Part shown: in pieces, positions 1 through 10,432 of the stretch | Layout of the letters: every line of letters starts with the position of its first letter | How positions within the stretch are numbered: position 1 is the first letter of the stretch | Source of the DNA: a virus | Length of the DNA: 64,000 bases | Direction: 5' to 3' (one strand) | IMG/VR virus record: IMGVR_UViG_3300045988_159706 | The notes under the pieces: model-generated | Database searches by the model: none | What the model was told of the DNA's origin: nothing | What the model saw: only the letters and a program-made list of their open reading frames with translations | Made by a program: the position numbers and the translations under genes

Positions 1-314
1 TTCCGATTTTGCATAAACCTTGTTTCGAAGTAGATTATTATATAACTGCTCGGAATATTCCAGTTGAATGGATTGAAGAAAGTTTACAAAAGAATGGCCT
101 TCCATGTGCTCCAGTTCATGTTGTTCCTTGGGATCAAAGTAAATTGGCACATTTACGTGATTTAAAAATTGATATATTTATCGACGATAAATATGAAAAT
201 TATAAGGAAGCAACTGATGCTGGAATCTTTTGCTACTTAATGGATGCTCCTCATAATCAATATTATAATGTTGGTCATAGGAGAATTTATAACCTTGATA
301 TACCAATTAAATAG
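1..314 (+). CDS. 5'(3')-deoxyribonucleotidase-like HAD phosphatase, C-terminal part (5' end outside window)
   Basis: The frame is open to the window start. IFIDDKYENY and LMDAPHNQ resemble the C-terminal half of NT5C-type HAD nucleotidases. TAG stop at 312-314. Confidence 0.55.
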   Translation, partial: PILHKPCFEVDYYITARNIPVEWIEESLQKNGLPCAPVHVVPWDQSKLAHLRDLKIDIFIDDKYENYKEATDAGIFCYLMDAPHNQYYNVGHRRIYNLDIPIK

Positions 315-812
315 ATGGAAGAATTTTTATTAGACATCCTTGGGTGGGATCACTCTGAAGCAACCTGGTTGCTTAGGTTATTTACTAGATTTAATTCCAA
401 TGGGGATAGTTTTCCTCTTATGTGTGAAGCAGCTGAATTAGATCCTTCTGATTGTATTTGTAATGATCGAGTTGAACCAGAGACTCTAGAAACGATATTC
501 TTACGGAATTTATTTGCAAGGAAATTAGATAGAGAGGATTTTAGACTTTCTGATAACATTTTTACTGTTAAGGATATTATAGTAAAAACGAATCATGGTG
601 AGAATGTAGAAAATATATATGATGACTATTATTGTACATTGTCATTTACAGAACTTACTGTGATAAAGCCACTTATTTTAGAACTTGAAGAGTTTTATAC
701 TAAGGAACATTCAGAGATTACACATAAACAGACCAGTATTCCTGAAAGTTCTACTCCTATTGCAAAATCTATATTTGAAAGAATCTATGGAAGTAAGACT
801 AGCCGACGTTAA
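315..812 (+). CDS. hypothetical protein
   Basis: 165-aa ORF starting at an ATG directly after the upstream stop. TAA stop. No motif recognised. Confidence 0.5.
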   Translation: MEEFLLDILGWDHSEATWLLRLFTRFNSNGDSFPLMCEAAELDPSDCICNDRVEPETLETIFLRNLFARKLDREDFRLSDNIFTVKDIIVKTNHGENVENIYDDYYCTLSFTELTVIKPLILELEEFYTKEHSEITHKQTSIPESSTPIAKSIFERIYGSKTSRR

Positions 813-1824
813 ACTTACTCCATTACTACATACTGTTCAGAGATTAAAGATTTCTGACGAGGAGTATTTTTCAAGTAAATATAGAGAGTACATCTCTAAC
901 TCTAGGTTAAAATACATCAACCCTGACCAGGATGGTAGTCCTTCGAAGTATAAAAATGGTATACAACAAGAAACTACACGGTCATTGCAGTTAGGTTCAG
1001 CTATTCATGAGGTCTTTTTACAACCAGAATCCTTCTCATTAGAGGAGGATCTGGGAAGGCCTTCTGCTAAACTTGGTGATGTATGTGATTATATAATGAA
1101 GCAAAGAGCTGAAGGAAAGGGTATATATGACTCAATAATTTTAGCTTGTAATGAAGTTGGTTACTATGCAAATAGTTTAACAGCCAACAGAATCAAACAA
1201 ATTATCTCTAAAGGACTGTCATACTATATAAAAAGTAAGACAGTTGAAAATACAGATAAGATTATTTTATCAAGTAAGGATAGAGAAGTTTGCGTTAATT
1301 GTTTAAACTCTTTGAACTCACATAGTGGAGCAATGAAACTTATACGTCCAACTGATATATTTGGTGATGCTATTGCTTCTTATAATGAAGATGCAATTTT
1401 TATGGATGTCAAGTGTGAATATAATGGGAAGAGTACAATTCTCAAATTAAAGATGAAAGCAGACAACTGGACTATCGATGAGGATTCCAAAAAATTGGTT
1501 TTGAACGATCTCAAAACTACAGGAAAGCCAATAGGATTTTTCATGCAAGAGTATGGTTCATTTGTGCATTATCATTATGCTCGTCAGATGGGAATGTATA
1601 TGTGGATGCTGTTTCATCTATGTAAAAAGGAGTTTAACGTGGACAAAACCTGGAATATTTCGTCTAATATCATTGCTGTAGAAACAGTGGGTGAAAATAG
1701 AGCTGGAGTATTTAGAGTGTCCAAAAGTCAGCTTACTGCTGGCAAAAAAGAATTCCAACGTCTATTAAAGATGGTTGGTGTCTGCCAGATTGAAGGATTC
1801 GATGATAATATAAAATTTAGTTAA
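787..1824 (+). CDS. PD-(D/E)XK recombination exonuclease (RecE/YqaJ/Cas4-like fold)
   Basis: First ATG at 787; the track ORF from 685 uses an upstream alternative start. Motifs SNSRLKYI, SAIHE and MKADNW...LNDLKTTGK (D...D/E-x-K) are typical of phage PD-(D/E)XK exonucleases. All Trp codons are TGG. Confidence 0.6.
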   Translation: MEVRLADVKLTPLLHTVQRLKISDEEYFSSKYREYISNSRLKYINPDQDGSPSKYKNGIQQETTRSLQLGSAIHEVFLQPESFSLEEDLGRPSAKLGDVCDYIMKQRAEGKGIYDSIILACNEVGYYANSLTANRIKQIISKGLSYYIKSKTVENTDKIILSSKDREVCVNCLNSLNSHSGAMKLIRPTDIFGDAIASYNEDAIFMDVKCEYNGKSTILKLKMKADNWTIDEDSKKLVLNDLKTTGKPIGFFMQEYGSFVHYHYARQMGMYMWMLFHLCKKEFNVDKTWNISSNIIAVETVGENRAGVFRVSKSQLTAGKKEFQRLLKMVGVCQIEGFDDNIKFS

Positions 1825-1882
1825 TCTGCAAATATTTTTAAGAGTAAATTTAGAATTTATTTTCTTAAAATTTTATAGAGAA

Positions 1883-1914
1883 TTTGCAGATTCATAATTT
1901 TAGTATTATCTTTG
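1883..1914 (+). promoter_or_regulatory. Bacteroidota-type promoter (-33 TTTG / -7 TAnnTTTG)
   Basis: TTTG (1883-1886), a 20-nt spacer, then TAtcTTTG (1907-1914), about 43 nt upstream of the ATG at 1957. Confidence 0.55.
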
Positions 1915-1956
1915 TATCACAATCGGAAGAATAATATGAACTAATGTTTAATTTTA

Positions 1957-2499
1957 ATGTTTTTTAAAATGAAGAAATTTGAAGTTTCGGCTTATAGCCT
2001 TGAGGAAGCAAAAGCAACTGCACTGAGTGAGTATGGTCTCAAAGTAACGCAGAATGTATCACAGTCGTGGAAGAATGCAGGTTCGCCTGTTTCAGGTAAA
2101 GAATTTGAAGGATTCTGCATTGATATGCTGGATAAGAAACGTCTAACTGGCGTAGAGGGTGTTGGTCTGGTAATTGCAATTACCCCAGGTTCGAAAGACA
2201 CTCGTGAACGTCCTTACAAGTACAAGAATGTAACCAATGAGGGTAAACGTCAGATGGAGCGTGTTGTTGAGATTCGTCTGAAGGCAACTGATGAAGTAGT
2301 TGGTACTGCTAAGAACAAGGGTGAAGCTGAGAAGCTTGCTAAGAAACTTATGCTTACCTACAAGCAGGATATGGTAGCAGTTATTGTTTACCATGTTAAG
2401 GATGGTAAGGAAACAGCCTTCGAGCTGGATTATGCACCTTCGCAGTCAGCACAGAAGGGTCGTTACATTGTCTTTGGTAACGAGAAGAGTGGTTTTTAA
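1957..2499 (+). CDS. hypothetical protein in a stand-alone promoter-to-terminator cassette
   Basis: 180-aa ORF with a promoter-like element upstream and a strong hairpin terminator downstream. It is visibly richer in ctg/cgt/ggt/aag codons than its neighbours. No in-frame TGA and no recognisable motif. Confidence 0.7.
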   Translation: MFFKMKKFEVSAYSLEEAKATALSEYGLKVTQNVSQSWKNAGSPVSGKEFEGFCIDMLDKKRLTGVEGVGLVIAITPGSKDTRERPYKYKNVTNEGKRQMERVVEIRLKATDEVVGTAKNKGEAEKLAKKLMLTYKQDMVAVIVYHVKDGKETAFELDYAPSQSAQKGRYIVFGNEKSGF

Positions 2500-2518
2500 T
2501 TAAACTATATTTAGAGAA

Positions 2519-2557
2519 AGCAGGGTTGGATTAAATTCCAATCCTGCTTATTTTTAA
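2519..2557 (+). terminator. rho-independent terminator
   Basis: 13-bp stem aagcagggttgga / tccaatcctgctt (one G-U pair), 6-nt loop, followed by atttttaag. Confidence 0.75.
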
Positions 2558-2562
2558 GATTT

Positions 2563-3060
2563 ATGACAGTAGATATATTCAAACATCCACTATTCACATC
2601 TTGTGGATTCTTAGGAGTATGACCAGGAGATAGTTCCTCTTTTATTAATCAATTTCATTTAGGAGGAGAATATTGTGTTTATGTATTACTAGATTCATGA
2701 TGTAAACATGATACAACCCTTTGTGGATGATCCTTTCCCTACGCTATTAAATATATAGGAATGGGCCCTTACCCAGTAGGGTGAAGAAAAACAGGTAAGC
2801 GTCCACTAAATCATAAAAATGACTTATTTAGTGACCATCTTAAATTAGACCCAAATCGTTATATATTGACCTTTCCATCAACATGCCTAGACAAACAGTC
2901 TGCCTTTGATTTAGAATCAATATTAATAGATGCTGCATTGAAGGATTCCTATACATTGTCTCCTAGAGGTTTGAGAAATGTTAGAACTCCAGATTTTCAG
3001 TTAATAAACAAAATAAGGGGTCATAAGATTAATGGAAGTTACCTTAGACAAGCTGCTTAG
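2563..3060 (+). CDS. GIY-YIG domain nuclease-like protein (needs 4 TGA read as sense)
   Basis: From ATG 2563, four in-frame TGA codons join the reading frame to track ORF 2866-3060. EYCVYVLLDSW...PYAIKYIGMG...RKTGKRPLNH fits the GIY...YIG signature plus the downstream Arg/His. TAG stop. Confidence 0.55.
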
Positions 3061-3790
3061 TGGCAAATCAACACGAATTAATTCAAAAGATTTTCTTTCA
3101 ACAGAAGACTATGTAAAGCCTTTTATTGAAGAAATGAGTAAATTCACTTCTACTTATAGAATAGAAGCTATCCCTCCCTCTCAAGTTACTACAGATAAAG
3201 AAGGAGAGGATATTACCTATAACAGGGTATTAGTGCAGGCAATCATGCCTACTCAAATAGATGAGTATAATGAAATATATACTTTGGCATATTCTTTAGA
3301 CATAAGAAGGCCTATTTATAAAGTATATAAAGCGATGTTTAATAATACTACTAATTCAATAATTGCATTTGATCCAAATTGATTGGTAGTTAATGAAATT
3401 AAACCAGCAGAGACTTTTACACTTCCAATTCAAAACTTAATGAGTTTTACAAGTGACTTTGAAGTTAAACTCAAGAAATATAAAAACGATACTTTATCTA
3501 CCAAAGAAAACGATCGTTATGTAAGACTGGGTTCTTGGATTGAAAAATGTCAATTTGCAGTATGGCAAAATGACTTTGGAGGAAAGGTTAAATGGTCTCC
3601 AACAAATGTTGTTAAGGCTTATAATAACATTTATATAAATACATCAAGTGATTATTATGTTGGTGATAAGGACTCATCTGTAATTAATACATATAATTCA
3701 TTTGCACAGCTAATTGCAGATGATAAAAAAGATATTTGCAATAAGTTTGAGAAAACTATGCTAATTAATTCATTATTAGGATTAAAATAA
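3032..3790 (+). CDS. hypothetical protein (track ORFs 3032-3382 and 3383-3790 joined by TGA 3380-3382)
   Basis: Both fragments are in the same frame and directly adjacent (AFDPN-W-LVVNEIK). No motif recognised. Confidence 0.6.
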
Positions 3791-6033
3791 TGACAGTTGA
3801 ACAATGGTTAAATAATGACGAATTAGCTATTACTATCTGGAAGAATAAATATAGGTTTGAAGATGAATCACTAGACGATTGGTTCAAAAGAGTTTCTGGA
3901 GGTAATGAAATTGTAGAAGAACAGATCAGAGCTAAAAAATTTATTTTTGGAGGTAGAATCCTTGCTAATAGAGGGTTATCTGATAAAAATAGAAAAATAA
4001 CATATTCAAACTGTTATGTAGTTGCTCCTCCTGAAGATAATCTTGAATCTATTTTTGAGTGTGGGGCAAAGTTAGCAAGAACATTCAGCTACGGGGGAGG
4101 TTGTGGAATTGATATTTCTAATTTGAGACCTTCTGGAGCAAAAGTTAATAATGCTGCAAAAACTACTTCTGGAGCTGTAAGCTTTATGGATTTCTATTCA
4201 TATATTACTGGACTGATTGGTCAGAGTGGTCGTAGGGGAGCACTAATGATTTCTATTTCTTGTGATCATCCAGATCTTGAAGAGTTTATTGAGATTAAGT
4301 CTGACTTAGATAAAGTTACAAAAGCTAATATCTCTGTTAGAGTTAGTGACAAATTTATGGAAGCAGTTGTTAAAGGTGAAACTTTAATATTGAAATTCGT
4401 AACTGATACTGGTGAAACAATTACTAAAGAGGTAGAAGCATATCCTATTTTTAGAAAGCTTGCTCAAATGAATTGGGATTATGCCGAACCTGGTATATTG
4501 TTTTGGGATAGAATAACTAGCTGGAATTTATTATCAAATAATAAGGAATTTTCTTATGCAGGAGTAAATCCCTGTGCTGAAGAACCTCTGCCAGCTGGAG
4601 GGAGTTGTCTTCTTGGAAGCATAAACCTTGCAGAATTTGTTACAAAAGAAAGAAAACTTGACCTTAGTTCCTTAAGAGAAACTATTCAAGTTGCAGTTAT
4701 TGCTTTGAATGAAGTTCTTGATGAGGGTCTTCCTTTACATCCTTTACAAGAACAAAGGGATTCTGTAGCAGAGTGAAGGCAAATTGGCCTTGGTGTTATG
4801 GGTCTGGCTGACATGCTTATTAAATTAAGAGTTAAATATGGTAGTACTACTTCTAGATCCATTTTAGAGTCAATTGGACATGAATTAATTATGACTGCTC
4901 TAGAGACTTCTTCTATTTTAGCTGTCAACTGTGGACCATATCCTAAATTTAATCGTGATTACGTTATACGAACTCCTTTCTTTAAGAATTTAGATTCTGG
5001 GGATATGAATGACTTACGTTTCCAAAGTTTGCATGATGATATATGTAAGTATGGTTTACGCAATTCTCAATTACTTACTTGTGCCCCAACTGGCAGTATT
5101 GCAACTATGTTAGGAGTATCCACAGGTTGCGAACCAATTTTTGCAACTTCATATACACGTAAAACTGAATCATTGGTAAATGAGGAAAAGTATTATAAAG
5201 TATATACCCCAATTATAAAGAAGCTTATTGATGAAGGGTTTTCTGAAGAAACTTTACCCGAGTATGTAGTTACATCAGAACAGATTCCATATAGAGAAAG
5301 AATTAAAGTTCAAGCAACTTTACAGAAGTTTATTGATGCTTCTATTTCTTCTACCATAAATCTTCCAGAGTCAGCTACTATTGATGATGTAGAAACTATT
5401 TATAGATTAGCTTGGGAGGAAGGTTTAAAGGGTGTTACAGTTTATCGTTCTGGATGCAAAAGGGGTGCAGTCTTATCAAAGAATCCCGTAATTAAAGAAT
5501 GCCTAAAACGTCCTGAATCTGTTGAAGCTAAACTAATTAGATTTAAGAATGGTTCTGAAAATTGGATTGCATTTGTAGGTCTCATTGACGGAAGGCCTTA
5601 TGAAATCTTTACTGGAATTAATAACATTGAAGATTTCCCGATTCCTACCTCAATAACTGAAGGTGAAATTATCAAAGTAAAAGACTCATTAGGAAAGCGT
5701 TATGATTTTCAATATACTGATAAGTATGGATATACTAATCGTTTAGGAGGACTTTCTCGCATCTTTAATCAAGAATACTGGAATTATGCTAAATTAATAT
5801 CTGCTTTATTAAGAGGTGGTATTGAATTAGATAAGGTAGTTAAGATTATTGATGGAATGCATTTTGAGTCAGATACTCTAAATACTTGGAAGAATGGTGT
5901 AAAGCGTGCTATTAAAACTTTTATAGTTGATGGAGTTACTTCACATGAAGTTTGCCCAGATTGTGGTGAGCATTTGATATACGAAGGGGGATGTACTATA
6001 TGTAAAAATTGTGGGTTTAGTAAATGTGGATAG
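3790..6033 (+). CDS. nrdJ: class II (adenosylcobalamin-type) ribonucleotide reductase
   Basis: Track ORFs 3790-4776 and 4798-6033 share a frame, joined at TGA 4774-4776 (SVAE-W-RQIGLGVMGLADML). Motifs YSNCYV, GGGCGIDISNLRP, NPCAEEPLP and TCAPTGS. C-terminal zinc ribbon CPDCG...CTICKNCG. Confidence 0.85.
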
Positions 6034-6374
6034 ATCCGTACTTTAGACAACAGGGTATTGCCAAGTATAAAGAATTAAAAGATGATGGCAAGTTTGAAGG
6101 GCTAACCAGAGTACAAATTATTAAATTACTACGTAGTGAAACTGGACTTGGTTTAGCAGAATGTTCATCTATCTATAGAGAATTAAATACTATGACTATT
6201 CTATTAGATAAACTAACTGATGATAAAACTGTTATAGGTAATATTCTCACTGGGCTTAAAAAGAAAGGCGGCTATTGCCCATGTAAAATTGGGAAAGAAG
6301 ACGAAAATCTCTGCCCTTGTAAAGAATATCGTGATACAGGACATTGTCATTGTACATTATACAAGAATGCCTAA
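6024..6374 (+). CDS. ferredoxin-thioredoxin-reductase catalytic-subunit-like Fe-S protein with an L7/L12-CTD-like N-terminal segment
   Basis: The C-terminus GYCPCKIGKEDENLCPCKEYRDTGHCHCTLY reproduces the CPC...CPC...CHC signature of the FTR catalytic chain. The N-terminal RVQIIKLLRSETGLGLAECSSIYRE resembles the L7/L12 C-terminal segment [23 protein letters not shown]. Confidence 0.6.
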   Translation: MWIDPYFRQQGIAKYKELKDDGKFEGLTRVQIIKLLRSETGLGLAECSSIYRELNTMTILLDKLTDDKTVIGNILTGLKKKGGYCPCKIGKEDENLCPCKEYRDTGHCHCTLYKNA

Positions 6375-6558
6375 ATATACATTACACGTTCCTGTTTATG
6401 GATCGTTAGATCTTGTGATTACAGCAGAGAACGAACAAGAAGTACTAGAGAGGTACTTAGAAGAAAGAGATAACTTATTAAAGTTTAATGATGGAAAACT
6501 GCAAGATGACTTAGATATATCATATGTAGTTCAAATTAATGATAAGACACAATGTTAA
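6367..6558 (+). CDS. hypothetical small protein
   Basis: ATG 6367 overlaps the upstream stop. The track ORF from 6289 is an out-of-frame upstream extension into the previous gene. Confidence 0.45.
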   Translation: MPKYTLHVPVYGSLDLVITAENEQEVLERYLEERDNLLKFNDGKLQDDLDISYVVQINDKTQC

Positions 6559-6749
6559 AAATTATTATCCTTATCTTTTTAGGGTTAGAAATTCTTTCAC
6601 GTGTAATAGCGTTAGGAAATGATGACCTTAGAAATAAAATGGCAATGATGCTGGAAGATACTGTAAAAGATTTCAGACTAAATGGTTCTAAAACTAAAAT
6701 GAACCTTGCAGTATGGATATTATTCTTTATTGCAGTTCTTTTATGCTAG
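6552..6749 (+). CDS. small membrane protein (two hydrophobic helices)
   Basis: The hydrophobic stretches IIILIFLGLEILSRVIAL and LAVWILFFIAVLL flank a polar loop. TAG stop. Confidence 0.45.
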   Translation: MLKIIILIFLGLEILSRVIALGNDDLRNKMAMMLEDTVKDFRLNGSKTKMNLAVWILFFIAVLLC

Positions 6750-7252
6750 TAAATATAAAGAAATTAGTTCCTGAAGCAGTAATACCTACCTATGCTAAGG
6801 AGGGTGATGCTGGAATGGATTTAGTTGCTACTTCAGTTGATCATAGTAATGAGCATTACATTGAATATGGAACTGGGTTAGCTGTTGAAATCCCTGAAGG
6901 CTATGTTGGTTTAATCTTTCCTAGAAGTTCTAATAGTAAAAAAGATTTGCAGCTTTGTAATTCAGTAGGTGTAATAGACTCTGGATATAGAGGAGAAATC
7001 AAATTACGTTATCGAAGAATTATTAACCCTACTCCCAAAAGAAATTTTGTAGTAACTGATGTAGAATTTCAAGAGGAATTAGAGAGTAAGGTACCTATAT
7101 TACGTATAAAGGCTGATTTTTCTTGCTATGGTGTTGGAGATAAAGTAGGACAAATTATAATTATGCCAATTCCATTAATTAGTTTTAATGAGGTTCAGAA
7201 ATTGTCTGAGACTGTTAGAGGCGATGGTGGATTTGGTTCAACAGGAAAATAA
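6743..7252 (+). CDS. dut: dUTP diphosphatase
   Basis: ATG 6743 lies within track ORF 6713-7252. Motifs AGMDL, PRSS, GVIDSGYRGEI, GDKVGQIII and C-terminal RGDGGFGSTG. There is an insertion between motifs 3 and 4. Confidence 0.8.
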   Translation: MLVNIKKLVPEAVIPTYAKEGDAGMDLVATSVDHSNEHYIEYGTGLAVEIPEGYVGLIFPRSSNSKKDLQLCNSVGVIDSGYRGEIKLRYRRIINPTPKRNFVVTDVEFQEELESKVPILRIKADFSCYGVGDKVGQIIIMPIPLISFNEVQKLSETVRGDGGFGSTGK

Positions 7253-8700
7253 TGACTACAAAAGAAATAACACAAACTCTACGAGATGATTTATTGCAAA
7301 CTATCTATAATCTACAGGATAAATTTCTTAATTTTGAACTTGGAGATGAACAAGCAGATGTATTAGTTTCAATCTTTACCTTTTTACGTAAGAAAGGGTT
7401 TGATGAGTTAGTTCTTTCTGGCCCTGGAGGAAGTGGAAAATCTGCTATAACCAAACTAATCGTTCTGTATCTTGAAAAACAATGTGTTCCTTACATTTTA
7501 GCAACTCCAACAAATAAAGCTTGTGGAGTACTTCATAATTATACAGAGCGTGACGTTATAACACTTCATAAACTTCTAACTTTAAAACCTACTATTGACA
7601 TAATTAATCTTGACTTTAAAGACCTTCAATGAAGTACTGATTCGATCTCTTCAGGCATTCCATTGAATGGGGTTTTGATTATTGATGAGTGTTCTATGAT
7701 TAACTCTGATTTATACGAGTTTATCAAAGAGAAAGCTAAGATTAGGCAATGTAAAGTAATTTATACTGGAGATGATAAACAGTTATATCCAGTTAAAGAA
7801 AAGAAACTATCTAAACCTTTTCAATGCAATCATCAATATTATTTAAGTAAAGTTTATAGACAACAGGAGAATAATCCTCTATTGGATATTTTAAACACAC
7901 TTAGAGATCATTCAATTAAACAATTTTATGAAATTCGTTCTCCTGAAGGTAATCTTGTAATATTCCATCATTGGAGAAAGTTTGTATCTTCTGCCTCACA
8001 CCTATTTAAAAAATCAGTAGATTTAGGTAATCCAGGGATTGTGAAATTACTTGCTTATACAAATAAGCGAGTAGAAGCCTTTAATCATATTCTTCGAGAT
8101 GCCATATTTCAGAATGAATCTGAATATAATGTTGGAGAAATTTTAATGGGTTATGATACTTGTAGTTACAAAGACAAACGAGTATTCAAATCTATGGAAT
8201 TTGAGATTATAAACTCTGCAGAATACATCGTGACGAATATAGTTCCTGGGCATTGTCAATTGGGGTATATTACATATAAAGGATATTATTTGACCCTTCG
8301 TCCAATTAACACAGAATATTCAGAGGATGAAATATTTATTATTTCAAGAGATACTAATGAGAAAGACTTAACTGCTTTAGCTGCATATATAGAACTAATG
8401 CGTTTAGATGCAATTCAAGCGCGTTCAAAAATAGTAGCATCAAAATTGTGGAAAGAGTATTTTCGAGTTATGGAATCTTTTACTACTCCTGTTGATTTGG
8501 TTTATGGAAATAGAACTGTAAGAAAGAAGACTCTTGATTATGGTTATTGTTTATCTGTTCATAAATCTCAGGGATCAAACTATGATAACATATTAATAGA
8601 TATGGGTAACTTGTTTACTTGTAAGAATAAAGAAGAGTTAAGACAGTTACAATATGTAGCTTTGTCACGAACTCGTAATAATATTAGTATGCTTATTTAA
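7252..8700 (+). CDS. SF1 DNA helicase (Dda/RecD/Pif1-like)
   Basis: Track ORFs 7252-7632 and 7663-8700 share a frame, joined by TGA 7630-7632. Walker A GPGGSGKS, Walker B LIIDECSM, then YTGDDKQL, SVHKSQGS and ALSRTR. Confidence 0.8.
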
Positions 8701-9867
8701 ATGCATGATATATTAATTTCTAGAGATTCTAGAGGAAAAATTAGAGTTGTAGATATTTCATATGAATGAAATGATACAACCCATAGTTTTTTAATTATTA
8801 GAAAAACATCTCAATGAGGAGGTAAAGTAACTAACCAACCAATCATTGAAGTTAAAAGAGGGAAGGCGCAACGTACAGCTGCAGAACAAGTTAAATTGGA
8901 GTATAACAGTAATGTTAAGAAATACCTTGATAAAGGTTATAAGAACATTCGTGATTTTAAAATAGAGTCATTAGATGATGTGGATGATCCAGGCAAATTA
9001 CTTGGGGATATAACTACTGATCAATCTGGTGCACCTAAGCCAATGTTAGCTAAAAGTTTTGATGGTGTAGCTACCTCAACATTTGAACATGAGTTTTATG
9101 GCTCAACAAAAATTGACGGAACACGATGCCTTATGCATTGAAATGGTTCCGAAGTAACTACATCCTCAAGAGGAGGAAACAACTATGATGTTGCTGCTAA
9201 TTATATTAGGAAAGATCCTAAAGTAATGAAGTGGCTTAAAGAACATCCTGACATATGACTGGATGGAGAATTATACGTACATGGATTACCTTTGTCTTAT
9301 ATCTCTGGTATTGTTAGACTTCAAACTTTGGATGAAAAACATAAACAGTTAAAGTATTATGTTTATGATTTAGCTATCCCTGATGTAAAATTTAAGGATA
9401 GATTAAAGATTTTAAAGGATTTTGAGAAAGCTGTTTCTGATTCTGACAAAATTGTAATGGTTAAACATGTAAAAGTATCTGGATGGCTAAATATGAAAGC
9501 TCTTCATGATCAATATGTTAATGATGGTTGGGAAGGTTTAGTAATTAGAAATCCTGATAAAGAATATAAGTTTGGAACACGAGACAATCGTATGATCAAA
9601 CTTAAAATGTTTGAAGATCATGAATATAAAATTCTAGATCTAGTAGATGGCCTCAGAGATGAGGATTTATGTTTCTTAATGGAAACTAAAGAAGGATATC
9701 AATTCAAGGCTAAGCCTATGGGAGATAGAGCTTTAAAACAATGATATCGTGATCACATTGAAGAATTAAAAGGTCAAATGGGTACTGTAAAACATTTTGG
9801 AATGACTAAAACAAATACTCCAGTACCTAATCTCCCTGTATTTAAAGCAGTTCGAAATTATGAATAA
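8701..9867 (+). CDS. ATP-dependent DNA ligase
   Basis: From ATG 8701, five in-frame TGA codons (8767, 8815, 9139, 9256, 9742) link three same-frame pieces. Motif I STKIDGTRC, motif III LDGELY, motif IV EGLVIR, motif V MIKLK. TAA at 9865-9867. Confidence 0.85.
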
Positions 9868-10432
9868 AAATTTAGAAAATATTATTAATCAACTAATTGA
9901 TTATTACAAGGAAGTAAATGATCTAAAAGAATCAGGAATAGATATATCTAAATTAGCTGCTCACAAAGTATTATATAATTTATATACTCAAATGCTAATT
10001 GATTCTGTTGGATTAAGTAGAGCTTTAGCAATTCAAAGATATGCAGAATATCCTACATGTTCTATAGAAGACTTTAATATTTATCTTAATGATCAATATC
10101 CAGAAAGGAAAATAGTAGATCGTCCTGATGTAAAAGAGTTTGAAGAGGATGCTAAAGAAAAGTTTGTCAGAGAACGAATTGAATCTGGAGATTATATACG
10201 TGAATCAGGCTCGGGACAGGTTGTTAATTCCGTTACAGGAAATATCATGGAGTCTGATATACTGGAGAAACTATCTGAAGCAACAAAGGATGAGAAAGTT
10301 GTTAAAGATGTATGTCAAAAACTTCCTGAATATTATATAAATGGGAAGAAAGTAGCTAAAGAAGCATATGATGAAGCTATGCTTAAAGTAGATAAAATTA
10401 TTGAAAAATTATTTAAAATAATCGATGAATAA
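9860..10432 (+). CDS. hypothetical protein
   Basis: 190-aa ORF whose ATG overlaps the ligase stop. No motif recognised. Confidence 0.6.
   Translation: MNKNLENIINQLIDYYKEVNDLKESGIDISKLAAHKVLYNLYTQMLIDSVGLSRALAIQRYAEYPTCSIEDFNIYLNDQYPERKIVDRPDVKEFEEDAKEKFVRERIESGDYIRESGSGQVVNSVTGNIMESDILEKLSEATKDEKVVKDVCQKLPEYYINGKKVAKEAYDEAMLKVDKIIEKLFKIIDE

Noticed and set aside
685-786. Upstream extensions from alternative start codons (685 for the exonuclease, 6289 for the small gene, 6713 for dut, 10913, 18457, 21620, 22121)
   Set aside because: These extensions overlap the preceding gene. In each case an in-frame ATG at the end of the upstream gene gives the usual compact junction.
350-2394. Minus-strand track ORFs 350-559, 1992-2201 and 2143-2394
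   Set aside because: They lie entirely antisense to better-supported plus-strand genes in a uniformly plus-strand module and carry no motifs.
4686-6050. Minus-strand track ORFs 4686-4928 and 5784-6050
   Set aside because: They are antisense within nrdJ, whose motifs are continuous on the plus strand.
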